Assembly (NCBI GenBank): GCA_028534125.1
Contig: CM052816.1
Span: 12,092,001 to 12,156,000 of the forward strand
Direction: 5' to 3'
DNA from: Lama glama
Lineage: Eukaryota
Length of the DNA stretch: 64,000 bases
Below, piece after piece: positions 12,661 to 25,400 of the stretch. The position numbers were made by a program, and so were the translations under genes. Positions within the stretch are counted from its first letter, which is position 1; each line of letters starts with the position of its first letter. The notes under the pieces were generated by a model that saw only the letters and a program-made list of their open reading frames with translations, made no database searches and was not told the DNA's origin.

Positions 12661-14439
12661 GATTTCAGGCTGAGCTCCTGCTCTTCTATCACCAGCTACT
12701 CACATGCCTAGAGAAGCCATTTAACATACCTGGGTTATATTTTTCTCATTTGCAAAGGGAGAAGGGGAATTATGGGAGTCTTTAAGGGGCTTTCCTGCTC
12801 TACCATCCTGCCATTCCAAAGGCGTGAGGTCAAAGAGTATGTCAAGATATCTCATGAAGAAAGGAAAATGATCTATTTCAAGAGATGACCGGGTGGCTCT
12901 TTAAAGGAAAATATGCAGACTGAGTTTAGGAACCTGAAAGCCAGCTTGGCAATCAGGAGTGGGTGCTTGCATTGGGGGTCTTAAAGGAGCCCAAGAGAGA
13001 GAAGGAGCAATTAGAGAAAAAGAGAAATTGTTGAGTTAGGCTGAATAGCAGCAAGGTTTTCCTAACAGGCAAGTCTTTAAACTGGCATGCTTTCCCAGGA
13101 GAAGTGGCAGAAAGTTATTTAAAATAGGGCTGAATAAAGCATTTCAATAACCTACTGTAAACAAAACTGTCACTTAAACCAGGGCCATTGACTTAAGAAT
13201 AGGTTGTTTCTCTCTCTTCATTTTGTAAGTTGACTTAGGTTCCTACTGGATAAACAATGAAAAAAGTCAAATCCTGGGATGGGGCTGGGAGACAGACAAA
13301 TCCACGCTATGTTCACATGCATTCTTCAGGTCTATTAGTTTAACACAGATGGTTAAGACATCTCTAAAACAATCATCGATTTTGCACCAGCCAAGTGTGT
13401 TAAACAAGCATACACAAAGCATGAATGTAGATACATTGTTTTGTACACTGTTACGAATGTAAAGTTTCAGGCTGTCACCCAGTTTGCCCAATAGAAGGCA
13501 GAGATTTTTATTTTCCTCTTTATCTGCTGCTCATCTTTTTTGGAGGTATTTTGGGATAATAGTGCTTGTTATTCAATTATTTAAGACAGTGTTTGCTGAC
13601 AACTCAGTATTCTATTTTTTTCCTCTCTTCTCTTTGAATAGGAAAGTGCAAAACGGGTCAAGGAAAATAACTGGCTTGGTTCAGGAATGGATGGAGAGAA
13701 CACACACACACTGAAAGCAAGGAAGCAGCCTTCACCCCACCTCTGCCTCTCCTCCCCCCATCTCATCAGCCACGGTATTCAGGGTGACCAGGGAGAAAGC
13801 TTACAAAAACACTTTGAAGTGTGACATCAAATACAGGCTTTCCTGCAGGATTAACGTAATGAGGCGAGCAGGCGCCTGGAATCAGCTCATTGTCATAAAG
13901 GGCAAATTTGATTAGAAGTATACAAGAATGTCAACTGATTACATTTGTAATAATCCATTAACCAAAGCTGTGCCATGTTCATTCACTGAACAGACATTTA
14001 CTATGCATCAGAGTTATTCTTCTAAAAACTAAGGGGATAAATAACAAAAGTTATTTCCTACCGACCCCATCTCTGGCATTCTGTTTCCAGGGACTTAAAG
14101 GCACTAACTCCTTCGGCATTCTCATGCTGCCAGGGAGTCATCTGACATTCATGAAAGTTATCTGATACACATTGGATTAAACAGACTGCACCTTGTGGAT
14201 CTGGAGAAGGAGCTGATTAAAACAATGATGTGAATCGTTAATGAAGATAGAATGGGGAAAATCTAGGTGGGAAAAAGGAAAGTTTCGTTGGAGGAGTGTA
14301 CTTCAAAAGTTTGGAATCTTCTCTATAGAAAGGCTATCGAAGAGCAAGTTTAGGGAATTCATAGAAAAGGAAACACAAACTACCAAAAAGTATAAGAAAA
14401 GAGGTGCACTTCACAAATCTTCAAGGAAGTACAAAATAA

Positions 14440-14820
14440 AATAACAAAATATAATTTTAAACTATTTAATTGGAGAAAACACGATAAAGCACAGGGGGAT
14501 TCGGGAGGAAACAGGTCCCACCATAGACTGTAGATTGATTCAGCACTTTGGAGGCAACTTGGTCACATCTGTTATAATGTTAAATGCCTATCTCCTGTGA
14601 TCTAATCGTTTTACATCCCAGAATCTACCCTAGAGACGGTCATTGGTTTTCAATACAAGGCATGATCAAGCACTATTTGTATTAGCAAAAAATTGGAAAC
14701 AACATAAATATCTCTTAATAAGAGAATAGTTCCATTTGGATAGTTGTGTAGAATCCTCCAATTTAAAAATGTTGTAAACTAAATGGATAAAAAATATTTT
14801 GCATGCATATAATAAGCAAA
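14440..14820 (+). mobile_element. Ancient L1 (L1ME-like) 3' fragment
   Basis: 'cactttggaggcaacttgg','gcactatttgtattagcaaaaaattggaaacaacataaatatc'. Confidence 0.65.
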
Positions 14821-15181
14821 TCACCATGCAGCTCAAACAAAATGTGGCTGTTGGCAAAATCCAGCCCAAGGAACTTCTGCTTCAATAATCATTTAGATCC
14901 TTTATATTCTTTCATTCAAAATGTACCTTTTTAAAGTGAGTAACACTAAGTAATAAATATAACTTTTTTGAGTATCTACTTGGTATAAGTTACCAACTCT
15001 AATGTTTTTTATACATATTTTCTTGTCTTTGTAATAACCATGCAAGATACTTTCCCAATTTAAACAGCTTTACAACTGAGCAAATCTAGAAAGAGGCTAC
15101 AGCCATTCATGTGGCTGCTTTAGCTGAGCACACATAGACAGTGCCTGGGGAAGATGTTCGGTGCATCTCTTATTGGTTGAT

Positions 15182-15706
15182 TGACCAAGATGACTTTAAC
15201 ATTTCCCTCAACTCCATTAAACTTAGAGTTTTTCTTTTCTTGATTCTAGGTACTGGCTTCCCTTTTCTTGAATATCATTTTTTTAAAGAAAACTTGTAAT
15301 TACAAATTCTTTCTCTGCTCCTTCAAGATACACATTTAAAAAAAAAAAAGGCCTCTTGCCACTTGGGACTGTCCTTCTCAAAGACTCGGGGGAGCCCCTG
15401 AGATAGAAACATCAAGGGAAATTGCACCCCAGCTCCCAGTTTGCGTGGTAGGGCAGGAGTCTAACTTTGGCATACCCCTTGATCTGAGCTGTCACAGAGA
15501 TTCAAAAAAGTTTATTTTTCCTTCTGGTAAGACCAGTTAGCAAACACAGATGACCTGTAACCACCGCCTATCTCTCAAAAACTCTCTGGTCCTTTGATTC
15601 AGCAGAGCTGATTTCAGACTCAGCTCAGGCCTCTCCCCACTACTGCAAATGCTTTGAATAAAGTCTCCTTTGCCTGTTTAAGTTTGGTGCACTTTTTGCT
15701 TTGACA
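15182..15706 (+). mobile_element. ERV1 solo LTR (MER31/MER67 group)
   Basis: 'aaaacttgtaattacaaattctttctctg','tttatttttcct', 'tgaataaagtctccttt...tttttgctttgaca' 3' end. Confidence 0.7.
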
Positions 15707-15999
15707 GAATCCATTTTGTATTTTTCAAGTGATTGAGGGAAGCTGAGGGATGTATCAAGGATAAGTGCTTAAGAGAAAAGGATAGAAGAGTTCATTCAAT
15801 ATGAAGAAAGCAGAATCCCACTCATTATCTTCTGTGCTAAGGAAAGGAAAAAAAAACAACAACTCCCAGAACTACATAAACTAAAGCCACATTTGGCAAA
15901 AGCCATCTTACATTTGTTTCTCATTTAGTACTATTCAGGTATTTTTTGCATCTGCCTACTCTTTGACTGTCTAAATATCAATTTTACAAAATCTCTCCT

Positions 16000-16490
16000 C
16001 CAATTAAGACTTGTTCTTTTAAAGTGACAGAGGAGCTAACTCAAATGGGTTTAAGTATAAAAGTAATCTATTGCTTCAATAATACAAGTTTAGGGGTATT
16101 CAGGCCAAGTGGGATCTGGGTGCTCAACAGTATCTTCTTCAGTGGTTGTTCTCTCCCTTTAGACCCTGAATTCTTCTTCCCTGCCTCCATTTTTAAGCTG
16201 GAGCTGCCTTGGAGGCCACAAAGTAGCTGCCAACTTCAGGGCTACATCACATCCAGTGGAAAAAGAGTACTTCTCTCATGTAGCTCTACCAAAGATTTAG
16301 AATTGGCTTATAAATAAACAAACTTGTATCACATGATCTTCTCTGATCTCGTCAATAAGGCATGAGAATGCTGTGAACAGCCCGACCTGAGTCATGTGCT
16401 GTCCCTCTAAAGTCACAAGCAATAAAGATGAGGAAGAGGATTTCTCCAGAAGAAAAGCAGGGCACACTGCCCAACAAAGAAATGGAAACT
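16000..16490 (-). mobile_element. Very old MaLR/ERVL LTR
   Basis: 'aagtgacagag...aactcaaatgggtttaag','tggatc...gctcaa'-type motifs, 'gagtcatgtgc'. Confidence 0.5.
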
Positions 16491-16899
16491 ATACTGACCA
16501 GGTTACACCAGCAAATTCCCACATCTGATGTTCCAGTCAGCTCCACTGATGAACACAATGTTCTGCGTCCACACAATGTACATGATATTTTAACTACACT
16601 TCCTTCAAAACACGCAGCTCCTCCTTTAACTGCATACTACAATTCATCGTGGTTTCCTCAAAGTAAAATAAGGTTTATCGTTTGATCCCCAACCCTTCCA
16701 ACATGTTTGCAGCAGGCAAAGGGTAAATGGACCTTGGTAAGTTTCTCAACCTTCCTATGCTCCTGAAAGCAATCATATTCGTTTCCATTCAAATATTGAT
16801 TTATTCATTCAAAATTATTATTTCCAATAACTAAAACTACAACCATGAGACCGCTAGTAACTAGCATTTACTGAGGGCTTACTATGTGTCAGTCAAGAT

Positions 16900-17420
16900 T
16901 TTAATTACCTTCTGGCCCCTGTCTCTCTCCCACTTTATTGCCTATTATACAGAATTGCCTATAATTTCCTCCTGCTTACTGTACTCTAGCTACACAAGCT
17001 TCCTTGCTGTCCTCAGGCATCCGAATCTCATTTCTATGACAGAGGCTTACTGAACCCTCTGACTAGAATGTTCTTCCCTCAGTTTTTCACAGGGCGTCTT
17101 CGTTTTTGCCATTCAAATATCAGCTGAAACATCAGGTGTACAGAGAGGCCGTCCCTGAACACTCAGTGCACATTACCCACCTACCTAAACCCACTTACTC
17201 TTCACGCAGTAACCTTGTTTCTTCTTCCTCCTCCTCCTCCTCTTTTTCTTCTCCTTTTAATTTCATGTATCATTTCTTAGCTTCTCTTGGGTATTTGTTT
17301 CTTTTTTTCCCCTTGGCTCACTCTGTCCTTGGAAGGTAAATTTATGAGAGCAAGGATCTCATCTGTCTTGTTTCCTGCCATATCCTCGGTACCTAGAAAC
17401 ATGCTTGGCACATAGCTGCC
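16900..17420 (+). mobile_element. LINE-2 3' fragment
   Basis: 'tagaatgttcttccc','atgagagcaaggatctcatctgtcttgtt','cctagaaacatgcttggcacatag'. Confidence 0.75.
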
Positions 17421-17429
17421 AACACTTTG

Positions 17430-17615
17430 ATAAAGGCATCTCTTTTAACCCTCATAATGACCCTAGAAGGTAGACACTATTAACCATCCCCATTTGATAA
17501 GAAAACCAAAGTCAGAAGAGCTAAGTGCCTTTCCCTAAGTCACACAGTGAAGTGGCAAAGTCAATATCTGAACTGGGGAATTCTGACTCTGGCACTCAGC
17601 TTCAAAGCCACAGTA
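17430..17615 (-). mobile_element. MIR SINE
   Basis: 'ttaaccctcataatgaccct...catccccattt...aagtcacacag...tctgactct'. Confidence 0.75.
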
Positions 17616-18567
17616 CTAACATTCTGTGGCTAGATCCTGTGCCGAGCGCTTAGCACAGAGGGATGAACAAAACAGACAATGCCTTATCATTCATGAGCTC
17701 AGAGTCCGGAGGGAGCTAGACCTCAACAGGTAATCAAACAAGTAACTATAAAACTGCAGTTGAGTAATAACTGATGGGATGTAAAGGCAGAGAATTCAAT
17801 GAGGAACTCATCAAAACAAGAGGAGAGTGGGAAGGGAGACTGCAGATGAATGGAATGGCACTGGCAAATCCCTGAAACATTTACCTAGTTCCAGGAAGAA
17901 GGTAAGAACTGGGGATATAAAAATGTGACCTGTGTTCACCCTTGAGGTCCTTTAGTTGGTTATGTAAAAAAAGAAAACAGATGTCAAGAAGAATATATAA
18001 AATATGACATTAAAGAACAGACTCCAAAAAGGCCCTCAATTTTTAAAAGGTCAAATTGGTCATAAATAAATATGAAATAGAAAAATAAAACAATTAGGTC
18101 GATTTATAGCTAGGGATTGAATTTCTCTATCTTATGCACTGAGAATAAATCCTCTTTTAAGGACCCACTAAATATTTGCAAAACATTGCCTTCCATTATT
18201 CCAGAACCGTAATGCCAGTCAATAAATCAAGAATCAAGAAAAATAACGTTACAGTCCACATTCTCCATAATCAATGTCATAAAGCTACAAATTAATAACA
18301 CCTGCATAAACAAATCAATTCAAATAACTTGGAAGTTAGGATAATAATAGCTCACATTGACAGGATGTTTACTACATACGTTCCCAGTGCTGAGATTCTT
18401 GCCTTGATCAGCTCATTTAATCCTCACAAAATCTTTATTAAGTAGATACTGTTATTATTAACATTTTGCAAGTGAACAAGCTTATGACAAGGGAGAGATC
18501 ATGCAAGACGAGCTCAGTTAGTCAGTAACTTATACACGAAGGATTTAAGCCAAGCAGCCTAATTACA

Positions 18568-18569
<2 letters not shown>

Positions 18570-18604
<35 letters not shown>
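18570..18604. repeat. (TG)n microsatellite
   Basis: Perfect GT dinucleotide run. Confidence 0.95.
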
Positions 18605-18607
<3 letters not shown>

Positions 18608-19689
18608 ACCTCTTTGCTCTTCTGCGTCTCCTTAGTAGTTTTGGGGTTAAAAAAGGAATGAAGAGCAAAATAGTACTTAGAGGTGAAAATAAAGATAATA
18701 CAAGCAACCTAAGAAAAGCAAGAAGAATTATGAGTGAAATGTGTTGGTAATTGTTGAAGGCATATAATCCATACGCATGGGTTTATTGTCTATTTATGTA
18801 TCTGTTGGAAAGTGTCCATGAAATAAAGCTATAAATAAAACATAAGAGCAAAGATTAATCAATTAAAAATAGTCACTCTTAGCACAAACAACACTTCAAC
18901 CTCAGCTTTCTTACAGTGCTGTTACCCCCTTTTTATTACGGATATTTTAATCCAAAGTTCTTGCATAAATAGTTACACTTTATTATACATCACATACTAC
19001 TACTATTATATTATTGTATTTAATTCTCATAACACTATTAATAAACACTATCATCTCTTTTTCACAGATGATGAAAGAGGCTCAGAAAGTTTCAGTAACT
19101 TGCTCAACCGGCCTCAGTTAGAAATGGAAAAACAGAAATTTGAGCTTTAATCTTTTTTACTCTGAAGTCCTTACCCTGTACATCACACCACATGACCACA
19201 GTTAAGTAACTGTAAACTTTCTGATGGCAAAGAACTTTTAAAGTTAATTTGCTAAGTCTTAGAGCATCTAGCATAGCACCTACCACAAAGCTGGCTTTTC
19301 AAAAATACTTTATATTAAGAATGAGGAAGAGGAAAACTGAAGATGAGGAAAGAGCACCTTACTTTATCTTTATATAAAGAGGATCAGTACAAATTTAATC
19401 CCCCCCCCCCCCGCCGTAAACTATTAATCAACTTGCCCCAAGTTAAACAGTTTATTTTTGATAGGATTAAAACTGCAGTCCACTTACTTCTAATTATGTG
19501 CAATTCTCTGGATAGGAACTGTTTCTTTCATTGAATGTGACCACATTATGGCAGCAGAGTGAGGCCAGTTATAAATAAAAACTCTAAGATTTCAAGTTGA
19601 TGACTTTTTCAATTTCTATTAATGTTTCTGAAAAGGTTTTGACTCTGCACTCATTTGTCCTCCTTACTGTTGAGTTTTCTGAAAAACAG

Positions 19690-20160
19690 AGTTCATCTCT
19701 AGTTTCATCCAAGTAACTGATAAAAACTTTATAAAGAAAAACCATTAAGGAATGACCTCAGAGACACTCTTCTCAAGAACTTTAAAAATCTGGTAATTCA
19801 CATATCATCTGACCTGCAGCCAGGGCAAGACTGACTTTGTCAAAGTTTTTGCTGCTTTTTCTGATTAACTATGTTGATGAGATTCATATTGTTTACAAGA
19901 TTAGAAAAACAAACTGAAAATTAGACTGCTTACCAATATGATTTGTTCATAGTGGACCCCCTTGGGTACCTAGTGAGTTTCAGTTTCTCTTCGGCACGCT
20001 AACAAACCTAGCATTTAATAAGCTTCTTGTGACTTTTTCTTTGTGATCAGAATCAGGTTTGTTGGTTTGTAGATTTTGAAATTATGTTGTAAAAGAAAAC
20101 CAGCACAATATTTATCTATATTCAGTTTCTGATAACTTGTCTGTTTTGTAATATTTCTCA
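19690..20160 (-). mobile_element. L3/CR1 LINE ORF2 (RT-region) relic
   Basis: 'atgatttgttcatagtggacccc...cctagtga','aacaaacc...atttaataa','ggtttgtag' resemble reverse-complement CR1/L3 RT consensus. Confidence 0.6.
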
Positions 20161-22889
20161 TGCATTCTGAAATGTATTTCCCTCTTTGTGAGAATTAAAA
20201 TAAAACCATTTATCAAATAGCATTCATTTTTCCTTGCAACCATCTCATGCCATATTCTAAAGATTATCATGAAGACTGGCTACAGTCACTTTTTTTGCCT
20301 TAAATCCCCAAAATATATGCTTTGAGTGCTTCTATTTTTCCTACATCCACTGTAATGTCTACTTCATCTGATGGTAAATGTCATTGAAATATCTTCATTT
20401 ATCTCATTTTGACACATTTTGCTCTTTCATGATCTATCCTGCAAATATGTGCTTAAACTTTTGCTGTGATGTAAGCAAAGAACACTCTGGCCTTTAAGAT
20501 ACACACTAGCATTTAAGTGGCTTTAAGATGTTTAAAATGCTATCTTGTTCATTATTAATATAAAAAGAATTTATAATACCAACCCAACTAAAAATCCTTT
20601 CCTAATTCTGTTTAAAGATTAGAAAACATTGGCAACCATTCTCCAGCATAGAGCTTTTATTTATTTGTGATTGCCACAAATTTGAAGCAATCTTAATGTC
20701 CTGCATTATAATGTATCATGGAAAGTTATACAGAACTTAAGAATAGTGAGTTCTCTCCGTGTAAAGACACATAATAATCTCTAGGTCATACTGTAGAGCC
20801 AAATCAAATCAGTTGAAGAAGATTAAAAACATACATTTACATACCTATACATATATACTTGAGTATACATTTAAATAAATCTGAGAGAATAACCCCAAAT
20901 CTTGGAGTTATAAGATTGTAAGAGGGGTTTACTTTAATATCATTAACTTTTTGTCATTCTAAATTTTACTACAAGCGTATTTTAACCTTACAACTAGAAA
21001 ACAATATAGACTTTTTCTATTTTTGGAAAATGTTTTTTAGATTATTTTTGAATGACCTCACCTCCTAATGAAATTGTTCTATGTTTTCATAAGTAACTTG
21101 GTGTTGCTGGCATTGCAGAAATATTTAGATATAGAAATATCTTCTAATAGGAGAACATTCTATGTCTTACAGTAATGATAATGGCAGTGAACACTGACAA
21201 CTGTAATACTTCACTGAACTATTAGTAGCCTGCATATATTACACGTTCAGTCTGAAGCATGTTACTTTGGGGAAAATGTAATTATCCGTTTTTTACATGT
21301 AGGGCAGAGCTAAGATTCAAATTTTATTCTCTCTGACATCAAAGCTCATGGCCATACTTCTATTATCCTATTAAATCATGTCCATAGTGATGTAAATAAG
21401 TGCAGATGGAAAGTATGCAGAATACTTGCTTATAAAAGCTACATTCCTTTTTCCACTGACATTCATCATTTCTTTAAAATAAGCTTACTGTTGTTTTTTT
21501 TTTTAAGTCACTCACATGTAGTATGACAAAACTCCTTCTATTGGGCCTTGGTGCTTCCTTGGTCCAAAAAAGATTAAAGAGTTAGATGTTTGTACTGAAG
21601 AAACACAAGACAAATTCTAACTATTTTCCTAATTTAGACACTTGCACACTGATGATTGATGATTTCTAAGACAGAAACAACAGTAAGAAAACAGTCTGGC
21701 TAACAACGAGACTTTGATTATAAGTGAATATTGTTTAAGTTTCCTAGGTTATGCTCAGGGTAACGGTTTTGAAAAAAAATTGCGTGTGTGGGAAATTACA
21801 CGCTATTCTACACTTTTCAGGAGATAATCTTATAAATACAAGTGTGGTGTATTCTCTGAAAACTACCTTGAGTGGAAATAAACAGTGTAACTTACATGGC
21901 TCTTGAATGCAAAGCTGCACACTGGTTTAATTTTTAAAAGAAATAAAAGATATTGAAATTGGATGATGTGTTAGTGGAAAAGCTGAAGTCTAACTTCTGA
22001 AAAGATGTGTGTGTGGTATGTATTTGTGTGCACAGTGTACGGGTAAGGGGATGGGTATTCAACAAAACTGTAGACGTGTGCTATACACATGGAAGTATTC
22101 AGAATCACACTTTTGAGGGCTTCAACATAAATATTTTCCTATACCTGGACAACTATGCATTTAGGTGTGAAAAGATTTTTTTTAAGATCTGATATATGCT
22201 TATTTTTTCAAGCAGAGTTTGTTTTGATACATGAAGCTCTTCACCATATGCAAAGCTGATCAATACAGAAATAACTCCATCACCCTAGCCTCTTCAACAA
22301 GTGAAAATTAGGACAATTGGAGGCTGACTGACTTGCCAGTCGTCAGGGTCCAACTACAGCTTGTTCACCAGATTAGTTATATAAAGACACTGTACTTAGT
22401 CAAATAATTCAGACTGGTTGGATTTGGGTAAGGGTTGGGAAATGAAGAGGGTAACACTTTGATGAGTCACTGAACTGAAGTGCCTAAATGCCGTCTCTTC
22501 AAATCTTAACACTTTCTAGGAATAAGATTCTCACTTCCAGCTGCCAACCAAGCAGTTACTTCACACCTCTAGTCCTCAGATTCAGGAACTCCCTCCCCAA
22601 AGCCTCCGTGGTTCCTGAGGTCTGAGCTGGGTGCCTGACCTGACATTTAAGGTCAGCTCTACAGTGCCTTGTAAGGCTTCTGGAGGAGGCTTTCTTAAAA
22701 AAAAAAAAAAAAAAGCATTCTGACAGGAAACCTTTAAGAGACCTTTCACATCTTGCACATAGTACCTGTTTCTCTGAGTTCTTTATGTTCATTCCCTTTG
22801 GACCCTGGAGATAAATTTATCCACTGAACAACAACAAGATGTTTCATACCTGCAATATGCTAGGCATTTATTGAACATTTACTGGGTGA

Positions 22890-23473
22890 TTCTGGTTACT
22901 TACTGCTGCCTATCAAACCACCCTAAAGCGGAACATCTGGAAACGACAGTGTATTATTATCTCTCGCTGTCCTGAGGGTTGACTAAGCTCAGGAGGGCAG
23001 TTCTCACCCACAGTGTCTCATGAGGCTGCAGTCAGATAGCAGCGGGGGCTGGAGCCACCTTGCCGCCCAGCTGGGCTGGACTCCAGGAAGGTCTCATCAC
23101 TCACAGGTCAGGCTCCCCATGGTACTTTGTCCTCCTTCCTTCTCCCCGTGTGGTCTCTCATCTTCCAGACCTCTCCACATGGCTTGGTCTTCTGACAGCA
23201 CGGTGGTCTTAGGAGAGTCACACATCGTACATGGTGTTTGACTTCCAAGAGAACAGAATGGAAACTGCTGGGCCAGTTGAAGGCTCCCCACGAAACTGGC
23301 ACAGTGCCATTCTGGCTGGATTCTAGTGTTCAAAGTAGTCAGAGAGCCTGCTCAGAGTCCAGGATGTGGAGTGGCAGACTCTGGCTCTTGTTGGGGAGTG
23401 ACAAAACCACACTGCAGAAGAGCACTGGGATGGGAGATAATGCGGCTATCTCTGGAAAAAGCAGTACGTCACG
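22890..23473 (-). mobile_element. MaLR LTR (MLT1H/I-like)
   Basis: 'tgctgcc...aaaccaccctaaa','tcatgaggctgcagtcagat','ctctccacatggcttgg','aactggcacagtgcca'. Confidence 0.75.
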
Positions 23474-23947
23474 GTTGGCGTCTCAGGCAAGGAGCTCAGC
23501 AGGTATGCCATACTTTCTACTCACATTCCACATTGTGTTTTCAAATCCTTAAAGCCTCTGGGAATAGCGTTTATTCTCTGTTTTGGCCATCGCCCCCCAC
23601 CCCCACCCCACTGTTTCTCTTCCATCAAAATGTACTGAGTTCCCACAAAGGGACAGCCTCTCTGTCACCATCACATCATTGAATTCAGGTCATGGTCTCA
23701 GTTACCCGCTGTTCTACTAAAACTTCTTTTAACATATCCCCAGTCTTTTTTAGAGAAAGAAAAAAATTAATGCTAATATGGAAGGGAAGAAATAATACAG
23801 AAATAACCCTGCCATGTTAAGGAGCTAATCCCTGCTACTGGTAATTCTGGCTACCTGAATGTTAAGAAGCAACCAGTCATCTATTTATTGACAGCTTTGT
23901 TACTGCTTAGGACTGGAGACATCAGGGGGCAAAACAAATATGGTACA

Positions 23948-24345
23948 TGTTGTGAGTTGAGTTATGTCACCCCCAAAATTTGTGTGTTGAAGTACCAGTC
24001 CCCAGTTCATGAGAATGTAACCGTATTTAGAAACAGGGTCACTACATATGTAATTAGTTAAGACGAAATCATAAGGATGAGCCTTCATTCAGTATGACTG
24101 GCATCCTTGTAAAAAGGAGAAATTTGGAACAAATATGATCAGGGGGAAGATGATGTGAAGAGACACAAGGAGAAGACAGGTGACCATAAGCCAAGGAGAG
24201 AGGCCTGGAACAGATCCTTCCCTCCCAGTTCTCAAAAGGAAAGAATCCTGCCAATACCCTAGTTTCAGATGTTCAGCCTCCAGAACAGAGAGAAAGTGCA
24301 TTTCTGTTGTTTAAGCCACTCATTTTGTGGCACCCCTAGCACACT
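23948..24345 (+). mobile_element. MaLR LTR (MLT1B-like)
   Basis: 'tgttgtgagttga...ccccaaaatt','atgactggcatccttgtaaaaaggagaaatttgg','aagccaaggagagaggcctggaacagatcctt'. Confidence 0.85.
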
Positions 24346-24349
24346 AGGT

Positions 24350-25400
24350 AGTCCCCATTCTCATAGAGCTTATCAACCAGACATTAATCAAGTAAGTCCA
24401 AAGGAGAGGTGTATAATTACAAAGATGAGCTAGGTAACATGAAGGAAAGAATGCAATTCTATGAGAGCAGGGACTGGAGACATCATTCCTAGGCTGGTGG
24501 GGCAGAGGAAGTTTCCATAAGGAAGTGATGCTTGGAGTGAGAGATGGAGAGTGATGAGGAGAAAACAGAAGAAAAGGCGAGACAAGCATGTTCCAGGTTG
24601 GGGGAGGTGGTGGTGTGGGGATAGCACCTGCAGAGGCCTTTGTCAGGTGACACATGATGTAGGTGGGAGACCAGAAGAAGGGTAGTGCTGTTTCAGCACA
24701 GGGAATGGGGTGGGGGAGACAGTGGTGCAAAATAAGACTAGAAAAATAGGCAGAACAGCCCAGATCCTTGCAGGCCTTGTTAAAGATATTTTTAGTATCA
24801 CAGATCAATGAGAATCCCTTAAAGGGTTTTAAGTTGATCATATTGAGTTGTAAAAAGAATATTCCCACTCTTTTGGGGTGAGCAAGCTAGAAAGCGCTGA
24901 AGATGGGGGGCAGGGGAGGAAGGTCTGCACTCCAGGAGACTGAGTGCAATGGCTTGTAGGTAGGAGGCTCAGACAGGTGGGAGAGGAGGCTAGCTGAACC
25001 AAGAAAGGGCCAGGGAGACAGAAAAGGATACCTTTGAGACAGGAGGAGAGCAGGATAAGCTTTGCTGATGGGCCGGTCGGAGATGATCATGCCTATTTGT
25101 TTTTGTCTTCACACAGGGTAGCTAGAAGAGGACCCGTTTTGAGGGAGAAACTTATGGATTTCAGACGTCTCACGTTTTACGGGCACTGGGGAGCTGCAAG
25201 TTGAGAGATCAGGAAGGCAGTTGGATATACCGGGAGCTCAAAAAGTAAATTATGGGTTAGAAAGATAAATTTGAGGGTCATGAGCAAACAAACAGATGGT
25301 GCCAGAGCTCTGCGTGTGGTTGAGATTCCCTAAGAAGGGCACAAAGTAGGAAGTAGTACAAAGGCCTAGAATGGAGAGCTAGTTAACTCCAACGTTCATG
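24350..25400 (-). mobile_element. LINE-2 fragment
   Basis: 'cagatccttgcaggccttgt','aagggttttaag','ggaaggcagttggatatac','aaatttgagggtcat'. Confidence 0.7.

Noticed and set aside
24344..24868. 174-aa minus ORF
   Set aside because: Lies in degenerate L2; low-complexity Pro/Leu/Ser peptide with no domain.
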